This document shows positions 40,355 to 49,696 of a stretch of DNA of 64,000 nucleotides, in pieces. Each line of letters starts with the position of its first letter. Position 1 is the first letter of the stretch. The translations under genes and the position numbers were made by a program. The notes under the pieces were generated by a model. That model was not told the origin of the DNA. It saw only the letters and a program-made list of their open reading frames with translations, and ran no database searches. The stretch is taken from positions 15,214-79,213 of the forward strand of contig CACMJB010000003.1 in assembly GCA_902613915.1 (NCBI GenBank), written 5' to 3'. Origin of the DNA: an uncultured Pelagibacteraceae bacterium (GTDB taxonomy: Bacteria > Pseudomonadota > Alphaproteobacteria > Pelagibacterales > Pelagibacteraceae).

Positions 40355-41011
40355 ATGGATCAACTAACTTTTAAATTTCCTTTTTCCAAAAAATTTTATG
40401 AACAGGATTTTTTCGTCTCAAGCAATAACTTTTCTGCTTTTAGGTTAATCGATAGCTGGCCAAATTGGCCAGGAAAATGGCTGAATATTTTTGGTGAAAC
40501 AGGTTCGGGAAAAACTCATCTTTCAAAAATATTAGAAAAAAAGATTAATAAAACTAAACTAATATATGCAAAAGATATCGATAATAAATTAATTGATAAG
40601 ATGTATGATTATGAATGTCTAATAGTTGATGATTTTGCAAATAATATTCAAGAAGATCTTTTTTATTCAATTTTAAATCATTCAAAACAACTCGACAATT
40701 ATTTGCTTATAAATTCTAATGATTCAATACGAAAATCAAAACTAAAATTAGAAGACTTAAAATCAAGAATTAATAGTTTTATTTTTATTGGAATCGAATT
40801 ACCAACAGACGATTTACTAAAAGTAATTATTACAAAGACTTTGTCAGACAAACAAATAACTATTAGTCCAAAATTAACGGATTTTATTATCAAAAATGTA
40901 GAAAGGTCCTACGAAAAAATGTTTAAATTTATAAAAGAAGTAGACGAAATCTCTTTATCCACTGGAAAATCAATTAATATTAATCTAATAAAAAAAGTAT
41001 TAAAACAATGA
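40355..41011 (+). CDS. hda: DnaA-related regulatory protein Hda/HdaA
   Basis: Begins 'MDQLTFKFPF', has the AAA+ Walker A 'FGETGSGKTHL', and is ~220 aa. The track start at 40340 overlaps the upstream ORF; the ATG at 40355 follows its stop. Confidence 0.8.
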   Translation: MDQLTFKFPFSKKFYEQDFFVSSNNFSAFRLIDSWPNWPGKWLNIFGETGSGKTHLSKILEKKINKTKLIYAKDIDNKLIDKMYDYECLIVDDFANNIQEDLFYSILNHSKQLDNYLLINSNDSIRKSKLKLEDLKSRINSFIFIGIELPTDDLLKVIITKTLSDKQITISPKLTDFIIKNVERSYEKMFKFIKEVDEISLSTGKSININLIKKVLKQ

Positions 41012-42792
41012 ATAAATTTAGAACACATAATTGTGAAGAACTGAATGAAAAGGACATAAATAAAATTGTTCATCTTTCAGGATGGTTACACAGAAAGAGA
41101 GATCATGGTAATTTACTATTTGCTGATATACGAGATCATTATGGTATAACTCAATGTGTTATTGAAAATGAGAATAAATATTTTTCTATTTTAGAAAAAA
41201 TAAGACCTGAGTCTGTTTTAAAAATTATTGGCAAAGTAATCAAAAGATCTAGTGGTACTGAAAATTTAGAATTGAAAACTGGTAAAATTGAAGTTTCAAT
41301 TCAATCAATAGAAATTTTGTCTGAGGCGAAAGATTTGCCAATGCCTGTTTTTGGAGAACAAGATTATCCAGAAGATATTAGACTTAAATACCGGTTTCTT
41401 GATCTAAGAAGAGAAGAAATGCATAAAAACATAATTTTAAGATCTAAGGTAATTTCATTTATAAGAAATGAAATGGTCAAGCTAGGTTTTCTAGAGTATC
41501 AAACTCCAATATTAACATCTTCAAGTCCTGAGGGTGCAAGAGATTTTTTAGTTCCAAGCAGGTTAAATCCAGGAAAATTTTATGCACTACCTCAAGCTCC
41601 GCAACAATTTAAGCAATTAATAATGGTTTCTGGATTTGATAAATATTTTCAGATTGCTCCATGTTTTAGAGATGAAGATGCAAGGGCTGACAGAAGCCCT
41701 GGTGAATTCTATCAGTTAGATTTAGAAATGTCTTTTGTTGAACAAGAGGATGTTTTTAATGTTGTAGAAAAACTTATGGTAAACTTATTTAAAAAATTTT
41801 CCTCAAAAAAAATTATTAATGAGAAATTTCCTAGAATTTCATTTGAAGAAGCAATGATGAAATATGGAACTGATAAACCAGATTTAAGAAATCCTTTAGA
41901 AATTTTTGATCTCACAAAATTATTTACAAGGGAGGATGTAAAGTTTGATATATTCAAAAAGTTAGTTAAATCAGGATCAATTGTCAGAGCGATAATAACA
42001 AAAGACACAAAGAATAAGCCCAGAAGCTTTTTTGATAATATTGATAAATGGGCAAAAGAGCAGGGTGCATCTGGGCTTGCATATTTTACACTTGAAAGTG
42101 AAAAAGAAATAAGAGCCAAAGGCCCAGTTGGAAAATTTTTTAGCGAGGACTCACTAAAAGAATTAATGGAGATTTCTAACGCAAAAATAGGTGACAGTGT
42201 TTTTTTAGCTTGCGGAAAAAAGAAAGAAATACAAAAAACTTTAGCTTTAGCTAGGGATAAAATCGCTAAAGATTTGAACATAATTAATGAAAACCAATTT
42301 TCTTTTTGTTGGATAGTTGATTATCCAATGTATGAATATGATGATAATTCTAAAAAAATTATATTTAGTCATAATCCTTTCTCAATGCCGCAAGGAAATA
42401 TTGCAGAATTAAATTTTGATGAACCTCTAAAAATAAAAGCCTATCAATATGATATTGTATGTAACGGCATTGAACTATCATCTGGAGCAATCAGAAATCA
42501 TATACCAAAGCTTATGTATAAATTATTTTCTATTGCTGGTTATAGCGAGGATACTGTTAACGATAAATTCAGCGGAATGATAAATGCATTAAGCTATGGA
42601 GCGCCTCCGCATGGTGGTATCGCACCAGGTATTGATAGAATAGTAATGTTGCTAGCAGGTAAAGAAAATATAAGAGAGATTACTCTTTTTCCTATGAATC
42701 AGAATGCTCAAGATTTAATGATGCAGGCTCCCTCCGAAGTCGATGATGATCAATTGAAAGAGCTTAGTATTAAAAAGGATATAAAAAATTAG
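41008..42792 (+). CDS. aspS: Aspartate--tRNA ligase
   Basis: '[12 protein letters not shown]', motif 2 '[14 protein letters not shown]'-like '[20 protein letters not shown]', and motif 3 '[14 protein letters not shown]'. 594 aa. Confidence 0.98.
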   Translation: MNKFRTHNCEELNEKDINKIVHLSGWLHRKRDHGNLLFADIRDHYGITQCVIENENKYFSILEKIRPESVLKIIGKVIKRSSGTENLELKTGKIEVSIQSIEILSEAKDLPMPVFGEQDYPEDIRLKYRFLDLRREEMHKNIILRSKVISFIRNEMVKLGFLEYQTPILTSSSPEGARDFLVPSRLNPGKFYALPQAPQQFKQLIMVSGFDKYFQIAPCFRDEDARADRSPGEFYQLDLEMSFVEQEDVFNVVEKLMVNLFKKFSSKKIINEKFPRISFEEAMMKYGTDKPDLRNPLEIFDLTKLFTREDVKFDIFKKLVKSGSIVRAIITKDTKNKPRSFFDNIDKWAKEQGASGLAYFTLESEKEIRAKGPVGKFFSEDSLKELMEISNAKIGDSVFLACGKKKEIQKTLALARDKIAKDLNIINENQFSFCWIVDYPMYEYDDNSKKIIFSHNPFSMPQGNIAELNFDEPLKIKAYQYDIVCNGIELSSGAIRNHIPKLMYKLFSIAGYSEDTVNDKFSGMINALSYGAPPHGGIAPGIDRIVMLLAGKENIREITLFPMNQNAQDLMMQAPSEVDDDQLKELSIKKDIKN

Positions 42793-43610
42793 TTTTTAGT
42801 TTTTAAGTTTATTCTAACATCAGAAAGATCAACTAATTTTTCCTCATAATTACTTCTTATAAAACCTTTTGAAGTAATATTTTTTACAATTTTTAGAAAT
42901 TTATCTTCATTATTATCTGTGTTTATATTCTTTGTGCTAGCAATTGAAGGAGTATGGGCTAAATCTTCTTTACCTAAGTAAGATATCGCTAGCTCCCTAA
43001 AAACATAATCTAAAATCGATGATGCACTTAATATTCTATCATTGCCAATTACGTTTCCAGAGGGTTCAAATTTTGTATCGATAAAGGCGTCTACGTATTC
43101 ATCGAGCGGAACTCCATATTGGAGACCAAGAGAAATAGCTATTGCAAAGTTATTCATCATCGCTTTAACTAATTCACCCTCTTTATTTGTATCAATAAAT
43201 ATTTCTCCTATCTTTCCATCATCATACTCACCAGTATGCAGGTAAACCTTATGATCACCAATTTGAGCTTTCTGAATATAACCTTTTCTCCTATCTGGCA
43301 TTTTAAACCTTGAATTGTTCTTTTTTGATTTAAGGTTGATTTGATTATTGTCGTTTATATTTTTTTTACTCTTAATTTGATTAGTTATATTATCAGTTAA
43401 TATTTTATTGTTATTAATGACTTTTTTTTCATTATCATCTTTTCCACCAATTTTTTTAGTTTTTCTGTTATTAAGCTTAACATCAATTACTTCAACCTCG
43501 CCATCATTTCTTTGATCAATATTTGACAATTCATTGTCATCCAAATTATTTAAAGTGTGGACGGTTTTAAAAGTACAAGTATAGTAGGTTTCAACAACGT
43601 ATTTTTTCAT
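42789..43610 (-). CDS. Stand-alone TSCPD-like domain protein (homologous to the C-terminal module of class II ribonucleotide reductase NrdJ)
   Basis: The C-terminal ~150 aa '[109 protein letters not shown]' match, from memory, the post-barrel segment of long alphaproteobacterial NrdJ. The N-terminal ~100 aa are N/K-rich low complexity. No RNR catalytic domain is adjacent. Confidence 0.7.
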   Translation of the reverse strand: MKKYVVETYYTCTFKTVHTLNNLDDNELSNIDQRNDGEVEVIDVKLNNRKTKKIGGKDDNEKKVINNNKILTDNITNQIKSKKNINDNNQINLKSKKNNSRFKMPDRRKGYIQKAQIGDHKVYLHTGEYDDGKIGEIFIDTNKEGELVKAMMNNFAIAISLGLQYGVPLDEYVDAFIDTKFEPSGNVIGNDRILSASSILDYVFRELAISYLGKEDLAHTPSIASTKNINTDNNEDKFLKIVKNITSKGFIRSNYEEKLVDLSDVRINLKTKN

Positions 43611-43706
43611 AATCTTAATGGAATCTCTTTATTAAGATATATATTAATTGTATAAGGTGTCTATTAGATAATAATTCAATTTAAAATTGTGTGGATTTAA
43701 ATAATT

Positions 43707-44057
43707 ATGATTTTTAAAATAATATTTACTTGGTGGAATAAATTTACTTTTGGAACTTTTTTAAAAACTTTGTTTTTTGGAAAGTATGTTGGCTCTGATA
43801 AGCTTGGAAACAAATACTACAAAAGTAAAAAAAATGAACGGTGGGTTATTTATTCAAATAATATAGAAGCAACTAAAATTTCTTCAGACTGGTATTTATG
43901 GATTCATCATACGATTGATAATTTACCAAATAACAAAGAAGAGAAGTATACTTGGCAAAAAAAGCATTTAGAGAATCAAACTGGAACAAATAACAGTCAT
44001 AGACCAGTCAAAATTAACAAAAACAATAAAAATAAAAAATATGAAACTTGGAAGTAA
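43707..44057 (+). CDS. NDUFA12-like (complex I B17.2 subunit family) protein
   Basis: 'FTWWNKFTFGTFLKTLFFGKYVGSDKLGNKYYKSK...RWVIY......ISSDWYLWIHHT' follows the NDUFA12 family pattern conserved in alphaproteobacteria. Confidence 0.85.
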   Translation: MIFKIIFTWWNKFTFGTFLKTLFFGKYVGSDKLGNKYYKSKKNERWVIYSNNIEATKISSDWYLWIHHTIDNLPNNKEEKYTWQKKHLENQTGTNNSHRPVKINKNNKNKKYETWK

Positions 44058-44535
44058 GCTTATATTCATTTTATTTTTACATTTGATTAATTTCGACAAT
44101 TTAAAAGCAGAGCAAATTTTAAGCACAACCTTAATAAATATAGATGAAATTAAACCTAGTTTTGAAGACACAGATGAAAAAAATTTAAATGTAGAATATC
44201 AAAAAGAACTAAAAGAGAAAAAAAATGTGAAAAGTTTAGGTTCATCTCAAGCTATTTTAATCGGACTGGATAAAATTACAGCTAAATCTGAAGAATTTAA
44301 AATTAATTTAAAAGAAACAAAAAAATTTGGCCCACTAGAGATCCGGATTTTAAAATGTGGAAAAGTAAAAATAGATAATAAAATTGATAATGTTGCTTAT
44401 TTGCAAGTGAAAGATTTAACAGAAAATGAAAACGAACAAGTATTTATATTTAATGGTTGGACTTTCGCATCTGATCCAAGTCTTACTCCTTTTGATCATG
44501 CAATTTATGATCTACAACTTCTTAACTGTTCTTAA
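44041..44535 (+). CDS. DUF2155-like secreted protein
   Basis: Signal peptide, then 'LDKITAKSEEFKINL...FGPLEIRILKC' and 'FNGWTFASDPSLTPFDHAIYDLQLLNC'. As I recall this resembles the DUF2155 pattern, and the family usually follows the NDUFA12-like gene in alphaproteobacteria. Confidence 0.65.
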   Translation: MKLGSKLIFILFLHLINFDNLKAEQILSTTLINIDEIKPSFEDTDEKNLNVEYQKELKEKKNVKSLGSSQAILIGLDKITAKSEEFKINLKETKKFGPLEIRILKCGKVKIDNKIDNVAYLQVKDLTENENEQVFIFNGWTFASDPSLTPFDHAIYDLQLLNCS

Positions 44536-44537
44536 AC

Positions 44538-45875
44538 TTAATAGAATTTTTCTTTTCCGAGCCAATTAGTGTCAAAATCAGAATTTATGAATTTTTTATG
44601 ATTTAAGATTTTTTTATGCAAATCTATTGTTGTTGTTATGCCTTCTAATACAAACTCATCAAGTGACCTTAATGTTCTTTGAACAGCCTCAGTTCTATTT
44701 CTTCCTTTACAGATTACTTTTGCTATTAAACTGTCATAATAAGGTGTGATTTTACATCCTTGAAATATTGACCCATCAACTCTAGTTCTAAAACCAGAGG
44801 GTTGATGACATACACTTATCGTTCCAGGACTAGGTTGGAAATCTAAAGCAGGGTTTTCAGCATTGATTCTACATTCTATTGTGTGTCCTCTTGGAGTAAT
44901 ATCACTTTGCTTTAAGGCTGTATCTCCAGTAAATGCTATCCACAGTTGTTCTTTAACTATGTCAATACCTGTTTGCATTTCTGTTACTGGGTGTTCTACT
45001 TGAACTCTTGTGTTCATCTCTAAGAAATAAAATTTTTCGTTTTCATAAATAAATTCAACCGTGCCAGCTCCTTCGTAATTTATTTGTTCAACCATTTTAA
45101 CAGTTTTTTCAAAAAGATCATTTCTTATATCATCAGATAAAACTGGACTTGGAGTTTCCTCTATTAATTTTTGATGTCTTCTTTGTACAGAGCAATCTCT
45201 CTCAGCTAAATGAACAGTTTTATTTTTACCAGACATTACTTGAACTTCTATGTGTCTTGGATTTTTAAAATATTTTTCAATGTACAACTCATCATTATTA
45301 AAAAACTTTTTAGCTTCCGATTTTGCTGTAAGAAATAAATTTTCTAATTGATCTTCCTCTTCTACAATTTTCATACCTTTTCCACCTCCACCGCCTGCTG
45401 CTTTAATTAAAACAGGATATCCAATTTCTTTACAAATCGATTTTGCTTCATTTAAAGATTTTACTCCACCTTCAGAACCTTCGATGACTGGCAAACCAAA
45501 TTTTTTTGCAATTCTTTTAGCTTCAATTTTATCTCCCATTTTTGAAATAATTTCAGCACTTGGGCCTATAAATTTAATTCCATGTTTACTTACTACTTCC
45601 GAAAATTTTGCATTTTCAGATAAAAAACCATAACCAGGATGAATAGCTTCAGCACCAGTAAGGTCTACTGCTGACATTATAGATGAAATATTTAAGTAGC
45701 TATTTTGAGGTTGATGAGATCCTATACAAACGCTTTCATCTGCAAGTCTAACATGCATTGAGTCCGAATCCACATCAGAGTGAACTGCAACTGTTTTAAT
45801 TCCCCATTCTTTGCAAGCTCTAATAATTCTTACAGCTATCTCTCCTCTATTAGCTATTAAAACTTTTTTGAACAT
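44538..45875 (-). CDS. accC: Acetyl-CoA carboxylase, biotin carboxylase subunit
   Basis: 'KVLIANRGEIAVRIIRAC', 'KAAGGGGGKGM', 'IEVQV' and 'EMNTRVQVEHPVTE'. Confidence 0.98.
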   Translation of the reverse strand: MFKKVLIANRGEIAVRIIRACKEWGIKTVAVHSDVDSDSMHVRLADESVCIGSHQPQNSYLNISSIMSAVDLTGAEAIHPGYGFLSENAKFSEVVSKHGIKFIGPSAEIISKMGDKIEAKRIAKKFGLPVIEGSEGGVKSLNEAKSICKEIGYPVLIKAAGGGGGKGMKIVEEEDQLENLFLTAKSEAKKFFNNDELYIEKYFKNPRHIEVQVMSGKNKTVHLAERDCSVQRRHQKLIEETPSPVLSDDIRNDLFEKTVKMVEQINYEGAGTVEFIYENEKFYFLEMNTRVQVEHPVTEMQTGIDIVKEQLWIAFTGDTALKQSDITPRGHTIECRINAENPALDFQPSPGTISVCHQPSGFRTRVDGSIFQGCKITPYYDSLIAKVICKGRNRTEAVQRTLRSLDEFVLEGITTTIDLHKKILNHKKFINSDFDTNWLGKEKFY

Positions 45876-45880
45876 TAATT

Positions 45881-46306
45881 TTATTTAAGCACAACAAGAG
45901 TTTGACCAAATTCAACAGGCTGTCCATCTTCAATTAATATCTTTTTGATTTCTCCATCAGCAGTAGAAGGAACATGATTCATCGTTTTCATCGCTTCAAC
46001 GATCATAACGGTTTGTCCTTTTTTAATCTTATCGCCAACTTCAACAAATTTTTTGGCACCAGGTTCTGGAGCCAAATAAGCTGTTCCAATTATAGGAGAC
46101 TTAATTCTAACTCCTTCACTTTCATCATTAGATGTTAAAACAGATTTGTTAGGTGAAACAACTGCACTTGTTTTAACTTGTTCAACACCTTTTGCAGCTT
46201 TTGAAACCTTAATTTTAGTCGGACCGTCTTGATATTCAAGTTCTGTTAGATCAAAGTCCCTTAAATTATCAACTAATTCTTTTATTAACTTTTTATTTAT
46301 TTTCAT
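45881..46306 (-). CDS. accB: Acetyl-CoA carboxylase, biotin carboxyl carrier protein
   Basis: Biotinylation motif 'IVEAMKTMNHV'. 141 aa, immediately upstream of accC. Confidence 0.95.
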   Translation of the reverse strand: MKINKKLIKELVDNLRDFDLTELEYQDGPTKIKVSKAAKGVEQVKTSAVVSPNKSVLTSNDESEGVRIKSPIIGTAYLAPEPGAKKFVEVGDKIKKGQTVMIVEAMKTMNHVPSTADGEIKKILIEDGQPVEFGQTLVVLK

Positions 46307-46754
46307 TTTCTAAAATTTTATTTATAGCCTGTAATGACATTAAATATCCATTAGCTCCAAAACCACATATCACTCCATTAGCAACTTTACTAATCAAAGA
46401 TTTATGTCTGAACTCCTCTCTATTATAAACGTTACTTATATGCAATTCAATAATTGGAATTTTTAATAGTTTTAATGCATCATGTATCGCAACAGAAGTA
46501 TGGGTATAGCCACCAGCATTAATAATAAGTCCGTCTTGATCGTTTCTTGATTTTTGAATTTGATTAACTAATTCGCCTTCAAGATTTGATTGAAAAAATG
46601 AAAGGTTTATATTATTTAAGTTAGCATAATCCTTGCAGTTATTCTCGATTTCTTTGAGAGTAACATTTCCATATTGATCTTTTTCCCTTTCACCTAAAAG
46701 GTTGAGGTTTGGTCCATTAAGAATTATAATTTTATTCATAAAAATTTTTCTCAA
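46293..46754 (-). CDS. aroQ: 3-dehydroquinate dehydratase, type II
   Basis: 'ILNGPNLNLLGEREKDQYG', 'INAGGYTHTSVA' and 'ELHISNVYNREEFRH'. The conserved aroQ-accB-accC order is present. An alternative ATG at 46739 is possible. Confidence 0.95.
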   Translation of the reverse strand: MRKIFMNKIIILNGPNLNLLGEREKDQYGNVTLKEIENNCKDYANLNNINLSFFQSNLEGELVNQIQKSRNDQDGLIINAGGYTHTSVAIHDALKLLKIPIIELHISNVYNREEFRHKSLISKVANGVICGFGANGYLMSLQAINKILENENK

Positions 46755-46771
46755 GAATGAATAGCTTAATT

Positions 46772-46975
46772 ATGGCAAAAATACAATTAAATGGAAAAAA
46801 AGTTGATATAAAAACTAATTATTCAATATTTGATTTGTTAAAAAAATATAAGTTACTCAATAAAAAAGTTGCAATAGAATATAATGGTCAAATCATTCCA
46901 AAAGGAAGTTTTAAAAAAAAATATCTAAAACATAATGATAAAATAGAAATTGTTCATTTTATAGGTGGTGGTTAA
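46772..46975 (+). CDS. thiS: Sulfur carrier protein ThiS
   Basis: ~67 aa ubiquitin-like protein ending in 'GGG' (C-terminal Gly-Gly), e.g. 'IQLNGK....', '[11 protein letters not shown]', '[12 protein letters not shown]'. The track start at 46757 adds five residues. Confidence 0.88.
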   Translation: MAKIQLNGKKVDIKTNYSIFDLLKKYKLLNKKVAIEYNGQIIPKGSFKKKYLKHNDKIEIVHFIGGG

Positions 46976-47750
46976 ATTGAAAAAAGATACATTTAAAATA
47001 GGCAATAAAAAATTAAAATCAAGACTGATTGTTGGAACAGGCAAATATAAAAACTTTTATGAAACAGCAAAAGCTGTAAAAGCTTCTGGTGCCGATATGG
47101 TTACGGTTGCAGTAAGAAGAATTAATATTTTGGATAAAAAAAAACCTATTTTAACTGATTATCTCAATCCAAAAAAAATTGTCTACTTACCTAATACAGC
47201 TGGCTGTTTCAATTCAATAGAAGCTTTAAGAACTTTAAGATTAGCCCGTGAAATGGGTGGATGGAAATTAGTAAAACTCGAGGTTCTAGGTGATAAAAAA
47301 ACTCTATATCCAAATATGATTGAAACTTTAGAGTCTACAAAAATACTTGTAAAAGAAGGTTTCAAAGTAATGGTTTACTGCACAGATGACCCTTTATTTG
47401 CAAAAAAATTAGAGGATTGTGGTGCTTCAGCAATAATGCCTTTAGCTTCACCAATAGGATCAGGTTTAGGCTTACAAAATAAAATTAATATTTCGATGAT
47501 TATAAAACAGTCAAGAGTTCCAGTAATAGTTGATGCAGGTATTGGAACTGCCTCAGATGCTACCATTGCAATGGAATTAGGATGTGATGGAGTTTTAATT
47601 AATAGCGCTATTGCAAAAGCTAAAAAACCTGTCTTAATGGCAAAAGCTTTTAAAGACGCTGTAATTTCAGGAAGAAACTCTTATCTCGCTGGTCGAATGA
47701 GTAAAAATAATTTAGCTATACCTAGCTCACCATACAAAGGCTTAATTTAA
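46965..47750 (+). CDS. thiG: Thiazole synthase ThiG
   Basis: '[10 protein letters not shown]', 'LPNTAGC', 'VKLEVLGD' and '[11 protein letters not shown]'. The start is GTG at 46965 or TTG at 46977, overlapping or abutting the thiS end. Confidence 0.95.
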   Translation: MVVKLKKDTFKIGNKKLKSRLIVGTGKYKNFYETAKAVKASGADMVTVAVRRINILDKKKPILTDYLNPKKIVYLPNTAGCFNSIEALRTLRLAREMGGWKLVKLEVLGDKKTLYPNMIETLESTKILVKEGFKVMVYCTDDPLFAKKLEDCGASAIMPLASPIGSGLGLQNKINISMIIKQSRVPVIVDAGIGTASDATIAMELGCDGVLINSAIAKAKKPVLMAKAFKDAVISGRNSYLAGRMSKNNLAIPSSPYKGLI

Positions 47751-49550
47751 TTTTTTTTTTCTCCTTACCCATAGAGTTCTAATTTTTTTTTTTGATTTTG
47801 TTTTTTTAGTTTTTTCCTTTAGTTTAACAGATTGTTTAATTTTATCTTTTTTCTCTTTTGTAGATTTGCTATTTTTTCCTGCTGAAACAACTATTGAGTT
47901 TATATTTTCATTAGTATTGATTATTTTCTTAGATTTATTAAGTAATTCAATTTTATATTCAGGAATAATAAACTTAGGATCAGAAAAAATTTTTATTTCA
48001 AAAGAATATTTTTTTTGAAAATATTTTAATTCCTCCATTAAATTATTTTCTATATAAAGTTTTACTTTTTCTGGGATAAAAGAATTTATAATTTTGACTT
48101 TATCTGTAAATGCCAATTGCTGAATTTTTTTTAATATTTTTTGAGAAAACGAAGGTAAAGATAATTGTGTCTCCCATTTTATTGATCCTTCCCTCAATCT
48201 TTGTCTAGTCATTTCTAAAAGACCAAAATTACTTATTCTACCAATTTGAATTCTAGCTCTATCTTTTCTAATACTTTCTCTCATTTTTTTTTCAACTGTT
48301 CTTCTGTTATAAAAACTCATCATGTCAATAAAATCAATTACAATTAAACCTGATAAATCTCTTAATTTAATTTGATGTGCTATTTTTTCAGCAGCCTCTA
48401 AATTTGTATTAAGTGCAGTTTTTTCAATATTAATTTGTTTTGTTGATTGACCCGAATTTATATCAATAGACACTAAAGCTTCTGTAGGGTTTATTACTAA
48501 GTAACCACCAGATTTAAGTTTTACTGTGGGCTCATAAATATTTATTAGCTCTTTCTCAATATTTGCATCATGAAATAGTGGTATCTTGCCTCTATATTTT
48601 TTTATGTTCTTTACATTTTTAGGCATAAGTTCTTTCATAAATTTTTTAGCTTTTTGGTAAGCTTCGTTACCTTCAACGTATACATTTTTTGTATCGTTAT
48701 CGTATGTATCTCTTAATGTTCTTTTGATTATATCTCCTTCTTCGTAAACTAAAGATGGGGCATTAGACTCTAAAGCTTTTTCCTTAATATCTTCCCAAGT
48801 TTTTAAAGTGTTTTGAAAATCTTTTTCTATCTCATTCTTTGTTTTGTTAGCCCCAGCAGTTCTTACTATTACACCCATACTTTTAGGAATATCTATTTCA
48901 TTTAATATAGATCTAATTTTTTGGCGGTCAGAAGAATTAAAAATTTTTCTAGATATACCTCCCCCTTTAGGTGTATTAGGCATTAAAACCATATACTTTC
49001 CTGCTAAAGAAATAAAAGTTGTTAAAGCTGCACCTTTTTGACCTCTCTCTTCTTTAATTACTTGAATTAAAATTACTTGACCGGGTTTAATTACCTCCTG
49101 AATTTTGTATCTTTTTATTCCGTAAGATGATTTGACTTTTTCTCTGTAATCTTGTTTTTTCTCCTCATTAGTAACAGTTTTTTCGTCTTTATCTTCAGAA
49201 ATATTTTCTTGTTGTAAATTATCTTGACTGATTTCAACTGTTTTTTCTTTAAGTTCCTCTCTTATTTTTTCTTCTGCTAATCGTATTTTATCTTTATCTT
49301 CAGATGGCAACTGATAATAATCTGATTGGATATCATTAAATGCCAAAAAACCATGACGTTCTCTTCCAAAGTTTACGAAGGCTGCTTGAAGAGATGGCTC
49401 AACCCTGCTGATTGTTGCTAGATAAATATTATTTTTAAAATTTAAATTATTTTTATCCTCATACTCATATTCCTCAATAGAGTTTTCTGATTTAAGAACA
49501 ATTCGAGTTTCGTTAGGATGCGAAGCATCAATATATAAGTTTTTTTCCAT
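47742..49550 (-). CDS. rne: Ribonuclease E/G family endoribonuclease (short form, K-rich tail)
   Basis: S1 domain with an acidic insert, 'VSIDINSG', DNase-I-like 'IVIDFIDM' and '[14 protein letters not shown]'. 602 aa. No 'CPxCxGxG' Zn-link, and no Cys that I can see. The C-terminal ~70 aa are Lys-rich. Confidence 0.88.
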   Translation of the reverse strand: MEKNLYIDASHPNETRIVLKSENSIEEYEYEDKNNLNFKNNIYLATISRVEPSLQAAFVNFGRERHGFLAFNDIQSDYYQLPSEDKDKIRLAEEKIREELKEKTVEISQDNLQQENISEDKDEKTVTNEEKKQDYREKVKSSYGIKRYKIQEVIKPGQVILIQVIKEERGQKGAALTTFISLAGKYMVLMPNTPKGGGISRKIFNSSDRQKIRSILNEIDIPKSMGVIVRTAGANKTKNEIEKDFQNTLKTWEDIKEKALESNAPSLVYEEGDIIKRTLRDTYDNDTKNVYVEGNEAYQKAKKFMKELMPKNVKNIKKYRGKIPLFHDANIEKELINIYEPTVKLKSGGYLVINPTEALVSIDINSGQSTKQINIEKTALNTNLEAAEKIAHQIKLRDLSGLIVIDFIDMMSFYNRRTVEKKMRESIRKDRARIQIGRISNFGLLEMTRQRLREGSIKWETQLSLPSFSQKILKKIQQLAFTDKVKIINSFIPEKVKLYIENNLMEELKYFQKKYSFEIKIFSDPKFIIPEYKIELLNKSKKIINTNENINSIVVSAGKNSKSTKEKKDKIKQSVKLKEKTKKTKSKKKIRTLWVRRKKKLN

Positions 49551-49696
49551 TTTATTAGAATTCCTGTTATTTTATTAAAGTTAAAAATTTTAAAATTTGT
49601 CATACAGTACTATTTTATACAATTTTAAGATTAATTACACATTTTAATTTAAAAATGCCTAAAGAAAGTCAGAATTATTATTATAAATTATTATAA

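Noticed and set aside
41712-42281. 189-aa ORF antisense to aspS, the longest unexplained ORF in the track.
   Set aside because: It lies wholly inside a well-supported aspS. The translation is low-complexity (S/F/L/K-rich), as expected for the reverse strand of an AT-rich gene, and it has no recognisable motif or start context.
43612-43638. Inverted repeat ATCTTAAT-N11-ATTAAGAT immediately upstream of the TSCPD-like ORF start, as a possible translational control hairpin.
   Set aside because: The 8-bp stem has a single G-C pair, so predicted stability is low. The SD-like AAAGAG in the loop is ~14 nt from the AUG. Such AT palindromes are common at this composition.
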